Positions 31,457-41,365 of a stretch of 64,000 bases of DNA are shown in pieces. The position numbers and the translations under genes are program-made. A model generated the notes under the pieces. That model was not told where the DNA came from. It did not search any database and saw only the letters and a program-made list of their open reading frames with translations. Positions within the stretch are counted from its first letter, which is position 1. The number at the start of each line of letters is the position of its first letter. Source of the DNA: Candidatus Omnitrophota bacterium (GTDB lineage Bacteria > Omnitrophota > Gorgyraeia > Gygaellales > Profunditerraquicolaceae); the NCBI GenBank assembly GCA_022710715.1, contig JAKLGJ010000001.1, positions 106,041 through 170,040 on the forward strand, in the 5' to 3' direction.

Positions 31457-32548
31457 ATGCGTACGGTCAGGATACATCTGTTTATGATCACCATGATCCT
31501 GGTGAGCGTCGGGATCGTGATGATCTACAGCGCTTCGAGCATCTATGCTCTGGAACAGTATAAAGACAGCGCGTATTTTCTTAAACGGCATATCAGTTTC
31601 GTTCTTATAGGCGCGCTGCTGGCTTTCGGGATCATGGGTATCGATTACCGGCGGTTCCGGCAGTATGCCCGGCCGTTGCTCTGGGTCACGCTGCTCTTGC
31701 TGGTCCTGGTGCTTATTCCCGGCCTGGGACGCGAGGTGGCCGGCGCCCGGCGCTGGTTCCGGTTCAAATTCATCAGTTTTCAACCGGCTGAACTGGCAGC
31801 GGTAGCCATGATCGTATACCTTTCGGATTTCGTCTGCCGCAAACAGGAAGCGATCCGGACCATCCGCTGGGGATTGCTGCCGGTGATGACGGTGCTGGGG
31901 ATGATCTCGGTATTGATCATGCTGCAGCCTGATCTGGGGACCACGCTTTCCATCGGGGTGGTGGTTTTCATCATGCTCTTTGTCAGCGGAGTGAAATTAT
32001 CGTATCTTTTGACGATCATACTTAGCTCATTCCCGCTATTGTATGTGTTGATCTTTCGGGTCGCCTACCGGCGTAACCGTATCCTGGCATTTTTGAATCC
32101 CTGGGCGGATCCCCGCGGTACCGGCTTTCAGATCATCCAGTCGCAGGTCGCGCTGGGTTCCGGCGGGCTGCTGGGCGTAGGGCTGGGGCATTCCCAGCAG
32201 AAATTGTTCTTCCTCCCGGCGGCGCATACCGATTTCATTTTTTCCATCATCGGCGAAGAACTGGGTATGCTGGGGACGGTGAGCGTGATCCTCCTTTTTC
32301 TGCTTTTTATCAAATACGGCCTGACGATTATCAAGAACGCGCCGGACCGGTTCGGGTATTTCTTGAGCCTGGGGCTGGTATTGATCGTAACCCTCAAGGC
32401 TGCGGTGAACATCGGCGTTTCCTGCGGGGTTTTTCCCACGAAAGGGTTGCCGTTGCCGTTTATCTCCTATGGCGGCTCATCGCTGATTTTTGACATGATC
32501 TGTGTGGGAGTTCTGATGAATATCGCGCGTGCGGGCGAATATCCGTGA
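31457..32548 (+). CDS. ftsW: peptidoglycan glycosyltransferase FtsW (SEDS family)
   Basis: 10-TM SEDS protein; conserved PEAHTDFIFS-like (PAAHTDFIFS) loop. Confidence 0.88.
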   Translation: MRTVRIHLFMITMILVSVGIVMIYSASSIYALEQYKDSAYFLKRHISFVLIGALLAFGIMGIDYRRFRQYARPLLWVTLLLLVLVLIPGLGREVAGARRWFRFKFISFQPAELAAVAMIVYLSDFVCRKQEAIRTIRWGLLPVMTVLGMISVLIMLQPDLGTTLSIGVVVFIMLFVSGVKLSYLLTIILSSFPLLYVLIFRVAYRRNRILAFLNPWADPRGTGFQIIQSQVALGSGGLLGVGLGHSQQKLFFLPAAHTDFIFSIIGEELGMLGTVSVILLFLLFIKYGLTIIKNAPDRFGYFLSLGLVLIVTLKAAVNIGVSCGVFPTKGLPLPFISYGGSSLIFDMICVGVLMNIARAGEYP

Positions 32549-32565
32549 GAAAGCGGTTAGAGACA

Positions 32566-33648
32566 ATGAAGATCCTGGCTGTCAGCGGAGCGAGCGGCGG
32601 GCACATCTTTCCGGCCGCGGCATTGCTGGAGCGCGTTACAGAAGACGATCCGCGCGCCGTAACGCTCCTGGTCCTGCCCCGCAAACATGCGGCTTGCAAA
32701 TCCGGCGCTTTCGCTGTGCCGGTCAGCTATGTCTGTTTGTCCAACATCTCGGCGTCGCTCACGGCTTCGAATCTGCTGCGCATTCTCCGATCGTTCAAAG
32801 GCCTCCTGCAGAGTCTGCGGGTGGTGGCGCGTTTTCATCCGGATGTAGTGGTGGGTTTCGGCAGCCTGGTCAGCATTCCGGTGGTTTTCTGGGGATGGCT
32901 GCTGCGTTGCCGGATCGTCCTGCACGAACAGAATGTCGTTCCCGGACGGGCGACCAGGTTCCTGGCGCGCTTCGCCGATCGCATCGCGGTGACCTTTGCG
33001 CAGACAGTACCGTTGCTCGGCGCATACCGGGATAAAGCGGCGGTTACCGGCAATCCTTTGCGCAAGCGCATGCGCGTTATCGACCGGGATCAGGCGCGCG
33101 CTTTCTTCGGCTTGCCCGCCGAGGGAGCGACGTTGCTGGTGATGGGAGGAAGTCAGGGCAGTCAGAGTATTAATACCGGCGCAGCGAAGGCGCTGGCAGG
33201 GTGTGCGCAGTCGGTCCGTTTTCAGGTGATCCATCTGGCCGGGGATAAGGATGCTCCGGCTGTCGAAGAGGTATACCGGGCGGCGGGGATACGTTTTCGG
33301 GTAGTGCGTTTTCTGGAAGAGATGGAGTATGCCTATAGCGCCAGCGATCTGGCGATCTCTCGTTCCGGCGCGACAACCGTGACGGAGCTGTGCCGGTTCA
33401 GGCTGCCCGCCATCCTGGTGCCGTATCCTTTTGCCGGTGCGCATCAACAGGCTAACGCGCGGGTACTGGCGGATGCGGGTGCGGCCCGCGTGATCGAAGA
33501 CAGCCGGATCGGCGAAGAGCTTGCCGGGATACTCAAGGAGTGTATCGGCGACCGGACGGTGATGGAGCGGATGCGCCGGGGGTTTGATCACTGTCCATCG
33601 GCGGATAGCGCGGAGGCGCTGATGCGGGTTGTGTATGAAACGGTATAA
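32566..33648 (+). CDS. murG: UDP-N-acetylglucosamine--N-acetylmuramyl-(pentapeptide) pyrophosphoryl-undecaprenol N-acetylglucosamine transferase
   Basis: MKILAVSGASGGHIFPA N-terminal G-loop, GT28 C-terminal domain. An alternative GTG start at 32545 overlaps the ftsW stop. Confidence 0.9.
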   Translation: MKILAVSGASGGHIFPAAALLERVTEDDPRAVTLLVLPRKHAACKSGAFAVPVSYVCLSNISASLTASNLLRILRSFKGLLQSLRVVARFHPDVVVGFGSLVSIPVVFWGWLLRCRIVLHEQNVVPGRATRFLARFADRIAVTFAQTVPLLGAYRDKAAVTGNPLRKRMRVIDRDQARAFFGLPAEGATLLVMGGSQGSQSINTGAAKALAGCAQSVRFQVIHLAGDKDAPAVEEVYRAAGIRFRVVRFLEEMEYAYSASDLAISRSGATTVTELCRFRLPAILVPYPFAGAHQQANARVLADAGAARVIEDSRIGEELAGILKECIGDRTVMERMRRGFDHCPSADSAEALMRVVYETV

Positions 33649-33650
33649 TC

Positions 33651-35027
33651 ATGGATAAACGCACGTATCATTTTATCGGGATCGGCGGCATCGGTATGAG
33701 CGGGATCGCCCAGATTCTGCTTAGCCGCGGGGCGCAGGTCAGCGGTTCGGATGTCAAGGACAGCCAGATGCTGGAATCGCTGCGCGCGCGGGGAGCGCGC
33801 ATCTATATCGGGCACCGGGCCGAGCAGATCGGGGGCGCTGACGTGGTGGTGTATTCGTCGGCGATCAAAGAAGATAATCCGGAGTTCCAGGAGGCCAGGC
33901 GGGCGGGGAGAGCGCTGGTGAAGCGGGCGCAGGTCCTGGCGGAGTTGATGGCCGAAAAAAACGTCATTACGGTCGCCGGCAGCCACGGAAAAACCACCAC
34001 TACTTCGCTGGTTTCCTACTTATTGCTCGAGGCGGGACTTTCTCCGACCATCGCTATAGGCGGTATGCTTAAAAATATAGCGGCCAACGCCTCGCACGGG
34101 GAAGGCGATTTTTTTGTCGCTGAAGCCGACGAATCCGACGGCTCTTTCCTGTTCTATGCGCCGACCTATTCGATCATCACCAATATCGATTACGAGCACC
34201 TGGATTATTATGGGGATTTCAAGACCCAGCTGGGCGCTTTTAAAGAGTTTATCCATCGGACCAGGCATTCCGGCTGCGTATTTTTGTGCAGCGACGACGA
34301 ACATCTTGTCCGCATCGCCAGGGACAGTCCCGTGCGCCAGGTGTATTTCGGTCTGAACAAGGGCGCGGATATCACTGCGGGGAATATCGAGATCAACGGG
34401 TTGTCGAGCGCATTCGACTGTTTGTACGGGGATACGCTGGTCGGCCGGTTCGAGCTGGCTCTGGGCGGGCGGCATAATATTTCCAACGCTTTGAGCGTGA
34501 TCGCGCTGGCTCTGGAATTGAAGATCGACCGGTCTTTGATCCAGCATGTGCTCAAGACGTATAAGGGGGCGGGCCGGCGGCTGGATATCAGACTGCAAAC
34601 CGACGATCTTACCCTGATCGATGATTACGCGCATCACCCGACCGAGATCAAAGCGACGCTGGCCGCCGTCCGGTACCTGCGGGCTCCCCGGGTGGTGGCG
34701 GTGTTCCAGCCGCACCGGTATACCAGGACTAAATTGCTTTTGAAAGAATTCGGCAACTGTTTCGACGATGCCGATAGCGTGATCGTAACCGATATTTATC
34801 CGGCGAGCGAACCCCCGATCGAGGGAATCAGCGGGCGCAGCGTGTCGGAAAGGATACTCAACGCGCATCCGGGCAAGGATGTTGCGTATATCCCCAGAGC
34901 GCAGCTTCTCGAGCATCTGGCTGCGGTGCTGCAGCCTCGCGATGTGGTGATCATGCTCGGCGCCGGGGACATTACCAAATATACTCATGAACTGGCTCAA
35001 CGGTATTCAGGCAGACATACGTCGTAA
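33651..35027 (+). CDS. murC: UDP-N-acetylmuramate--L-alanine ligase
   Basis: HFIGIGGIGMSGIA and GSHGKTTTT motifs. Confidence 0.92.
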   Translation: MDKRTYHFIGIGGIGMSGIAQILLSRGAQVSGSDVKDSQMLESLRARGARIYIGHRAEQIGGADVVVYSSAIKEDNPEFQEARRAGRALVKRAQVLAELMAEKNVITVAGSHGKTTTTSLVSYLLLEAGLSPTIAIGGMLKNIAANASHGEGDFFVAEADESDGSFLFYAPTYSIITNIDYEHLDYYGDFKTQLGAFKEFIHRTRHSGCVFLCSDDEHLVRIARDSPVRQVYFGLNKGADITAGNIEINGLSSAFDCLYGDTLVGRFELALGGRHNISNALSVIALALELKIDRSLIQHVLKTYKGAGRRLDIRLQTDDLTLIDDYAHHPTEIKATLAAVRYLRAPRVVAVFQPHRYTRTKLLLKEFGNCFDDADSVIVTDIYPASEPPIEGISGRSVSERILNAHPGKDVAYIPRAQLLEHLAAVLQPRDVVIMLGAGDITKYTHELAQRYSGRHTS

Positions 35028-35892
35028 AGAGCCGCTGGCGCTGCATACCAGTTTTCATATCGGCGGTCCGGCAGAGCTTTTTGTCCAACCGCGCGATGTG
35101 CGGGCGTTGCAACGGTTCCTGGCGCGCTGCGTCCGGCGCCGGATCCCGGTCCGGGTGATCGGCGCGGGAAGCAATATTCTGGTCGGCGACCGGGGCGTCA
35201 AAGGAGCGGTTATCTGTCTCTCTGCGCCGGCCTTTGGCAGGATCCGCAGGAATCGCGGCGGTTTGAGCGTCGGGGCGGGTCTGCGGTTGAACCGTTTGAT
35301 CGGTTATTGTATGCCGCGGGGGTTGTCCGGAGCGGAATATCTGGCGGGGATCCCCGGGACGATCGGCGGCGCAGTGAAGACCAATGCCGGCGTTGCCGTC
35401 AAGCATGACCGGCGGGTCAGCAATCACTGGATAGGAGATTTAGTTGAATCTCTGACCATTATGGATTATAATGGTGCAATTAAACGGTTGCGTAGACCTG
35501 ACCTGCGTTTTGGTTACCGCTGCAGTTGCCTTCCCGCAGGGATCATTCTGGCGGTGTCTTTGCGTCTGTCTGCACGAACTCCGGGAGCGATCCGTCGCAC
35601 GGTCGCGGAACTGATGTCCCGGCGCAGCCGGACGCAGGCAGCGCATCAACCGTCTGCCGGCTGCGTATTCAAGAACCCGCCGCAGCAGGGGGCGGGCGCA
35701 TTGATCGATCGGTGCGGATTAAAGGGTGCGCGTTGCGGCGATGCCTGTGTTTCACCGCTCCACGCGAATTTTATCGTTAATCTCGGCCAGGCCCGGGCAG
35801 TCGACGTTCTGGCTTTGATGCGGCGCGCCCGCGCCGCGGTAAAGAAAAAATTCCATCTGGCGCTGGAACCGGAAATCCACATCTGGGAATGA
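34987..35892 (+). CDS. murB: UDP-N-acetylenolpyruvoylglucosamine reductase
   Basis: FAD-binding PCMH domain (GGPAELF, GAGSNIL) and a C-terminal MurB domain. Confidence 0.88.
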   Translation: MNWLNGIQADIRRKEPLALHTSFHIGGPAELFVQPRDVRALQRFLARCVRRRIPVRVIGAGSNILVGDRGVKGAVICLSAPAFGRIRRNRGGLSVGAGLRLNRLIGYCMPRGLSGAEYLAGIPGTIGGAVKTNAGVAVKHDRRVSNHWIGDLVESLTIMDYNGAIKRLRRPDLRFGYRCSCLPAGIILAVSLRLSARTPGAIRRTVAELMSRRSRTQAAHQPSAGCVFKNPPQQGAGALIDRCGLKGARCGDACVSPLHANFIVNLGQARAVDVLALMRRARAAVKKKFHLALEPEIHIWE

Positions 35893-35926
35893 TCCGGCAG
35901 ACGGCGCGATAGAGAAGCAACTGGTT

Positions 35927-36871
35927 ATGCAGACTAAAAAATTCGGCAGGATCGGTTTATTGATGGGAGGGCCGTCTTCAGAGAGGGAGATATCGCTGAA
36001 GACCGCGCGATCGGTGTACGATAGTTTGATCGCCCTCGGGCTGGATGTCGTGGCGATCGATATTACCAGCGATGATCCGCAGGAAACTGCGCGGCTGTTG
36101 TCGTCACACCGGATCAACTGCGCTTTTATCGCGCTGCACGGTTATTTCGGCGAGGACGGGCAGATCCAATCGATACTCGAGCGGATGGGCATTCCCTATA
36201 CCGGATCCGGATCGCAGGCCAGCTGTCAGGCAATGGATAAACGCCTGGCCCGCGGGTTGTTCGCGGCCGCCGGGTTGAGCGTGCCGCAGGCGATACTGCT
36301 TTCAAAGCAGGATCGCCGCGATGACGAGTATGTGCGTTCGCAGATCCCTTTCGCGTTTCCCTGGGTGATCAAGCCGGTGCATCAGGGGTCCAGTATCGGC
36401 CTGTCGATCATCGATACCATGGATCAAGCGGGGCAGGCTCTCCAGGTCGCTTTCAGTTTCGACCGGCAGGCGCTCATCGAACAGTTTATCGCAGGCAGGG
36501 AATTGACCGTCGGGATCCTTGACGACCAGGCCCTGCCGGTGATCGAGATCGTTACCCGGAATAAGTTTTTCGATTACCAGGCAAAATACCAGACCGGATT
36601 TACCGACTACATCGTCCCTGCCGAACTTGACGCGGGGACCACCCGTCTGGTGCAGGCGGCTGCGGTTGCCGCCCACAAAGCGGTGGGATGTCACGGATAT
36701 TCCCGGGTTGACCTGATCCTGGATGCCGGCGGCACCGCGTTCATCCTGGAAGTGAATACTATCCCCGGTATGACCCAGACCAGCCTTTTGCCGAAAGCGG
36801 CCAGGGTCAAGGGAATCGATTTTTCAGCGTTGAGCCTGCGTCTTCTGGAGTTAGCCTATGAAAAGAAATAG
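35927..36871 (+). CDS. ddl: D-alanine--D-alanine ligase
   Basis: ATP-grasp; ALHGYFGEDG and PWVIKPVHQGSSIG motifs. Confidence 0.9.
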   Translation: MQTKKFGRIGLLMGGPSSEREISLKTARSVYDSLIALGLDVVAIDITSDDPQETARLLSSHRINCAFIALHGYFGEDGQIQSILERMGIPYTGSGSQASCQAMDKRLARGLFAAAGLSVPQAILLSKQDRRDDEYVRSQIPFAFPWVIKPVHQGSSIGLSIIDTMDQAGQALQVAFSFDRQALIEQFIAGRELTVGILDDQALPVIEIVTRNKFFDYQAKYQTGFTDYIVPAELDAGTTRLVQAAAVAAHKAVGCHGYSRVDLILDAGGTAFILEVNTIPGMTQTSLLPKAARVKGIDFSALSLRLLELAYEKK

Positions 36872-37628
36872 ACCGTTTACCGCCCGTGTTCGCATCCAGA
36901 TGGACCGCTGGGCGGTCGTCAGGATCGTCCTGATCATTCTCGGCATATCGGCTGCGTTGTACATGGTGGTGTATCTGACCAGGCTCGAGTTTTTCAGGAT
37001 CAAAGAAGTGATCGTCCGCGAAGGCGGGGTGGTGGTTAGCGACGCGCAGAAGGATTTCCGCTATCTGGTGGGCAGGAATACGTTTACTCTCGATGTGAGG
37101 AAAGAAGCCCGGCGCATCCAGATGATGCATCCGGGTTACCGTACCGCCCGTCTGATCCGTTACCTGCCGGATCGTTTGTGCGTCGATATACTCAAGCGTT
37201 CCCCGGTAGCCTGTATCAAGGGGCACAGGATCTTTTACCTTGATGATCGTTCAACCCTGTTTGAAGCGTCGCTGCAGTCTTTGCCGCAGAATATCCCGGT
37301 GATTACCGGCATTGAAAAGAAAATATCGGTCGACCAGGTGGGCCGGCGCTGTTCTCTGCCGGAGGCTGCTTTCGCACTGACGGTGATCAAGGAGACCCGC
37401 GGTAAACTCCAGCCGTATACGCTGGCTGCGGTAGACGTCAGCAGTCTTGATTCGCTGGTCATGGTATTGTCCAACGGTTTGCAGGTCAAGCTGGGCAGGG
37501 AACTGCTGGCGGAAAAACTTCAGCTTCTGGCGAATTTGTTGATGCAGGTCAAGACCAGCCTGCCCAATATAGATTATATCGATTTGCGTTTCAAGGAACC
37601 GGTGATAAAATTCAAACAAAGCGGTTAA
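36858..37628 (+). CDS. ftsQ: cell division protein FtsQ (POTRA domain)
   Basis: Single TM then POTRA plus a beta domain, 256 aa, canonical position. Confidence 0.8.
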   Translation: MKRNRPFTARVRIQMDRWAVVRIVLIILGISAALYMVVYLTRLEFFRIKEVIVREGGVVVSDAQKDFRYLVGRNTFTLDVRKEARRIQMMHPGYRTARLIRYLPDRLCVDILKRSPVACIKGHRIFYLDDRSTLFEASLQSLPQNIPVITGIEKKISVDQVGRRCSLPEAAFALTVIKETRGKLQPYTLAAVDVSSLDSLVMVLSNGLQVKLGRELLAEKLQLLANLLMQVKTSLPNIDYIDLRFKEPVIKFKQSG

Positions 37629-37648
37629 GGCCAAAGGACTACAACGCT

Positions 37649-38896
37649 ATGAATTATATCTGCGCATTGGATATCGGGTCGAGCAAGATCGCGGCGGCGG
37701 TGGCACAGTTGAAGGGTAAACATATCACCCAGATCTATTTCGAGTGCGCTCCTTCAAAAGGGATCAAGCAGGGGGTGATCGTCGATTCCGTCGACCTGGT
37801 CGATGCCGTAGGCAAGGTAATGAAGAATCTTAAGGCCAGATCCGGCATACCGATCAGGTCTCTGCATACCAATATCTCGGGCAAACACGTCATCACCAAG
37901 CGCAGCCGCGCGATCATCCCGTTGACCGAGCGGGGCAATAAGGTCGTTACATATTCCGATATCCAGAAAGTGCACGACCAGGCTTTGATACTGGGATCCC
38001 ATATCGACGAAGAACTGGTGCATTTTTTTCCGCTTTCCTATATCACCGATTCCGGCGGGGATGTTTTCAATCCTCTGGGATTGTACAGCCATCGGCTGGA
38101 AGTCGACCTGTTTATGATCAGCGGAAAGCTTTCATCCATACAGACGGTAACCCACGTCGTACACCAGGCCGGTTACGATATCCGTTCGATATTCCTGCCC
38201 GGATTGACTACCAGCGAGATCGTTTTCGCTTCCGAGCACGGGAAAGGATGGAGTATCCTCTGCGATATCGGCAGCGACGTGACGGAGATCGTGCTCTGTA
38301 AAGCCGGGATGCTCAAGGATATCCGGATACTTCCCCTGGGCGGTGACGATTTGACCGCCGCATTGTCGCAGTCTTTGCAGGTTCCCTGGGAGCTGGCCGA
38401 GGATCTTAAGATCTCTTACGGGGCGATAGGCGATCCCGCGCGTATCCCCGAAGAAAAGGAAGTTTTGATCAAGAAAGAAAGCGTCTATAAACCGGTTAAA
38501 CAGCGCGCGGTCTGCGAGATCATTACCGCCCGGGCGCAAGAGATGTGCCGGCAGCTCAAGCAGGCGCTGGATAAAGACGTCTCGTGGCTGGAAGTGGATA
38601 ATTTTGTGGTCGCCGGGCGTACGGTCTTCCAGGAAGGATTCCTGGAAATGCTTGAGGCTACCGTGGGAGTGCCGGTGCGCGCCGCCCGTATTTCCAATGC
38701 CGAAGTCATTCCTTTTGTGAATACCAATGATGTGCTCTCCGGCCAGAAATATCTGACCTACCTGACCGCACTGGGGTTGATCTGTAAACAGATGGGCGAA
38801 TTTCAACCGCATACATCGGCTGTGCCGAACCTGCCCCGCCATCCCGTGGCTAAATTCTTCCATAAAGCGAAAGAGATCTATCAGGAATATTTCTGA
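37649..38896 (+). CDS. ftsA: cell division protein FtsA (actin-like ATPase)
   Basis: ICALDIGSSKI phosphate-1 motif, SHSP70/actin fold signatures, 415 aa. Confidence 0.9.
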   Translation: MNYICALDIGSSKIAAAVAQLKGKHITQIYFECAPSKGIKQGVIVDSVDLVDAVGKVMKNLKARSGIPIRSLHTNISGKHVITKRSRAIIPLTERGNKVVTYSDIQKVHDQALILGSHIDEELVHFFPLSYITDSGGDVFNPLGLYSHRLEVDLFMISGKLSSIQTVTHVVHQAGYDIRSIFLPGLTTSEIVFASEHGKGWSILCDIGSDVTEIVLCKAGMLKDIRILPLGGDDLTAALSQSLQVPWELAEDLKISYGAIGDPARIPEEKEVLIKKESVYKPVKQRAVCEIITARAQEMCRQLKQALDKDVSWLEVDNFVVAGRTVFQEGFLEMLEATVGVPVRAARISNAEVIPFVNTNDVLSGQKYLTYLTALGLICKQMGEFQPHTSAVPNLPRHPVAKFFHKAKEIYQEYF

Positions 38897-38928
38897 TGCC
38901 GCCACCGCTTGGGTGGAAGGTACTTTTG

Positions 38929-38957
38929 GTTGACCGGCCTTTTTTCTTATGTATAAT
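38929..38957 (+). promoter_or_regulatory. sigma70-like promoter upstream of yggS (TTGACC-17-TATAAT)
   Basis: TTGACC 38929-38934, 17-nt spacer, TATAAT 38952-38957. Preceded by a GC hairpin CCACC-gcttg-GGTGG. Confidence 0.5.
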
Positions 38958-38973
38958 AGATTAGTTCAAAGAT

Positions 38974-39675
38974 ATGGAAAAAGAAGCTATCGCCGCCATT
39001 AGAGAGAGAATCGCTTCAGCCTGCGCGCGCAGCCGGCGCGCGCCCGCTCAAGTAACCTTGATCGCTGTTACCAAGGGCCGGCCGGTCCAGCAGATCCGGC
39101 GTGTTCTGGGCGCGGGGGTATGCGATATAGGCGAGAATAAGATGCAGGAAGTTCTTTTGAAATACGATACGCTCACGGCAGCGGCAGGCGCACCCGGGGT
39201 GCGCTGGCACATGATCGGGCACCTGCAGACTAACAAAGTAAAGCAGGCGGTTACTATCTTCGATCTGATCCATTCCGTGGACAGCGTGCAGCTGGGGCGG
39301 GAGATCGACCGGCGAGCCGCCGCCATCGGTAAGGTCCAGGATGTGTTGATTGAAGTCAATACGTCGGCAGAAACCGCCAAATACGGGGTTGCGCCGGCGG
39401 ACGCGCCGGATGTGGTCAAACAGATAGCCCTCCTTGATCACGTGCGCGTCAGGGGTTTGATGACCATGGCGCCGGTGGTCGGGCGCGCGGAAGAAGCCAG
39501 GCCGTTCTTTCAACGTTTGCGTCTGGTGCTGGATCGGATCAACGCCGCGCAGATTACCGGGCAACCGCTGCAGGTGCTTTCCATGGGTATGTCGGATGAT
39601 TTTGAAGTCGCGATCGAAGAAGGCGCGACCATGATACGGGTAGGAAGGGCGCTTTTTGACTATGACCGGGAATAG
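38974..39675 (+). CDS. yggS: PLP-binding protein YggS/PLPBP family
   Basis: Alanine-racemase-N-like fold with the PLP lysine in VTKGRP context, 233 aa. This is the position normally downstream of ftsZ. Confidence 0.85.
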   Translation: MEKEAIAAIRERIASACARSRRAPAQVTLIAVTKGRPVQQIRRVLGAGVCDIGENKMQEVLLKYDTLTAAAGAPGVRWHMIGHLQTNKVKQAVTIFDLIHSVDSVQLGREIDRRAAAIGKVQDVLIEVNTSAETAKYGVAPADAPDVVKQIALLDHVRVRGLMTMAPVVGRAEEARPFFQRLRLVLDRINAAQITGQPLQVLSMGMSDDFEVAIEEGATMIRVGRALFDYDRE

Positions 39676-40489
39676 TACTCTGGGTATTATCGGATACGGG
39701 AATATGGGTTCGGCTCTCGGCGAGAGATGGCGCAGCCGGTCCCGGATCAAGGTATTTGAAAAGGATGCCTCCCGGATCGCTGCGCTTGCTCCGGAGACCG
39801 TTGCGGCAACGCTCGACGCATTGTGCGCTGAAGCGCAGACACTGATCCTGGCGGTCAAACCGCAGGATCTGGATTCCGTGCTTACCCGGATCAAGGGGTC
39901 CGTCGGCCACGCGCTGGTGGTTTCAATCGCTGCGGGGATCCCTACCGCGTACCTGGAAAAACGTCTGGGGCCGGTGCGCGTGGTCAGGGCAATGCCGAAT
40001 CTGGCGGTGCGGGTGGGCAAAGGTACGATCGCTTTATGTAAAGGCGCGTATGCCCGCGAGAACGATGTCGCGTTTATGCAGGAGCTTTTCGCGTTACTGG
40101 GCAGGACGCTGGTGATCGAGGAGCGGTTAATGGATGCCGTCACCGCGGTTTCCGGAAGCGGCCCCGGTTTTTTCTTCGAACTGGTACAGCAGATGCCTGA
40201 CGCGGAATGGGACGCGTTTGCCAGGAATTCTTTTATTCCTTCCCTGACCGTTTGCGCGCAGAAAGCGGGTTTTTCCGCAGAACAGGCCGGTCTTCTGGCC
40301 GCAGCCACAGCCGAAGGAAGCATCGGTTTATTGCGTCAGACCGGTATGCCCGCGGCAGCGTTGCGGGATCAGGTTACATCCAGGGGCGGGACTACCGAAG
40401 CGGGATTAAAAGCTTTACGGGAAAACGGTCGTTTGGAAGAAGCGGTGAAAGCGGCGGTTAAGAGGGCGGGCGAGCTGGCCCGCACATGA
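39656..40489 (+). CDS. proC: pyrroline-5-carboxylate reductase
   Basis: N-terminal NADP Rossmann LGIIGYGNMGSAL and a C-terminal P5CR dimerisation domain (TSRGGTTEAGL). Confidence 0.85.
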   Translation: MTMTGNSTLGIIGYGNMGSALGERWRSRSRIKVFEKDASRIAALAPETVAATLDALCAEAQTLILAVKPQDLDSVLTRIKGSVGHALVVSIAAGIPTAYLEKRLGPVRVVRAMPNLAVRVGKGTIALCKGAYARENDVAFMQELFALLGRTLVIEERLMDAVTAVSGSGPGFFFELVQQMPDAEWDAFARNSFIPSLTVCAQKAGFSAEQAGLLAAATAEGSIGLLRQTGMPAAALRDQVTSRGGTTEAGLKALRENGRLEEAVKAAVKRAGELART

Positions 40490-41364
40490 AGGGGGTATAC
40501 ACGGTGGGGAAGATCGGCATCATCGGCGGGAGCGGGTTGTACGATATCGAGGGATTCAGCAAGGTCAAGCATGTAAACGTCTCCACTCCGTTCGGCAAGC
40601 CGTCGGATACTTTTGTGGTCGGGATACTTGAAGGCCGGCAGGTCGTTTTTCTGCCGCGCCATGGCCGCGGGCACCGTTTGAATCCCAGCGAAGTGAATTA
40701 CCGGGCGAATATCTATGCGATGAAAAAGCTGGGAGTGGACAGGATTATTTCCGTGACCGCCTGCGGCAGTCTGCGCGAAGACCTCAAGCCGCTGGATTTC
40801 GTTCTGCCGGACCAGTTCGTGGATCGCACCAATCAGGCGCGGTGCATGACTTTTTTCGAAAAAGGCGCAGTGGCGCACGTGAGTTTCTCCGATCCGGTAT
40901 GCGAAGCCTTACGTCAGTCGATCTACAAAGCGACGAAAGAAGCAAAGGTGCCGGTGCATCTGGGCGGCACCTATTTGAACATGGAAGGCCCGGCGTTTTC
41001 CACCCGTGCGGAATCGAATCTCTACCGCAGCTGGGGAATGGATATCATCGGTATGACCAATATATCCGAGGCGAAGCTGGCCCGGGAAGCCGAGATATGT
41101 TACGCCACGCTGGCGGCGATCACCGACTACGATTGCTGGTTCAAACCGGAAGAGCAGGTCAACGCCGAACTGGTCATTCAGAACCTGATCAAGAACGTGG
41201 AGAACGCAAAGATCATCATCAAGAAAGCGTTGCGCAACATCGCGCAGGAGCGCAGCTGCGCCTGCGCCGCCGCGTTGCAGCACGCCATAGTAACCGACAA
41301 GCGCACGATCGCGCCGGCCGTGAAAAAGAGATTAAAGGTCATCGCCGGTAACTATTTGAGCTGA
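40486..41364 (+). CDS. mtnP: S-methyl-5'-thioadenosine phosphorylase (PNP/MTAP family)
   Basis: IGIIGGSGL and VSVTACGSL motifs of the PNP-I/MTAP family, 292 aa. Confidence 0.8.
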   Translation: MKGVYTVGKIGIIGGSGLYDIEGFSKVKHVNVSTPFGKPSDTFVVGILEGRQVVFLPRHGRGHRLNPSEVNYRANIYAMKKLGVDRIISVTACGSLREDLKPLDFVLPDQFVDRTNQARCMTFFEKGAVAHVSFSDPVCEALRQSIYKATKEAKVPVHLGGTYLNMEGPAFSTRAESNLYRSWGMDIIGMTNISEAKLAREAEICYATLAAITDYDCWFKPEEQVNAELVIQNLIKNVENAKIIIKKALRNIAQERSCACAAALQHAIVTDKRTIAPAVKKRLKVIAGNYLS

Positions 41365-41365
41365 T

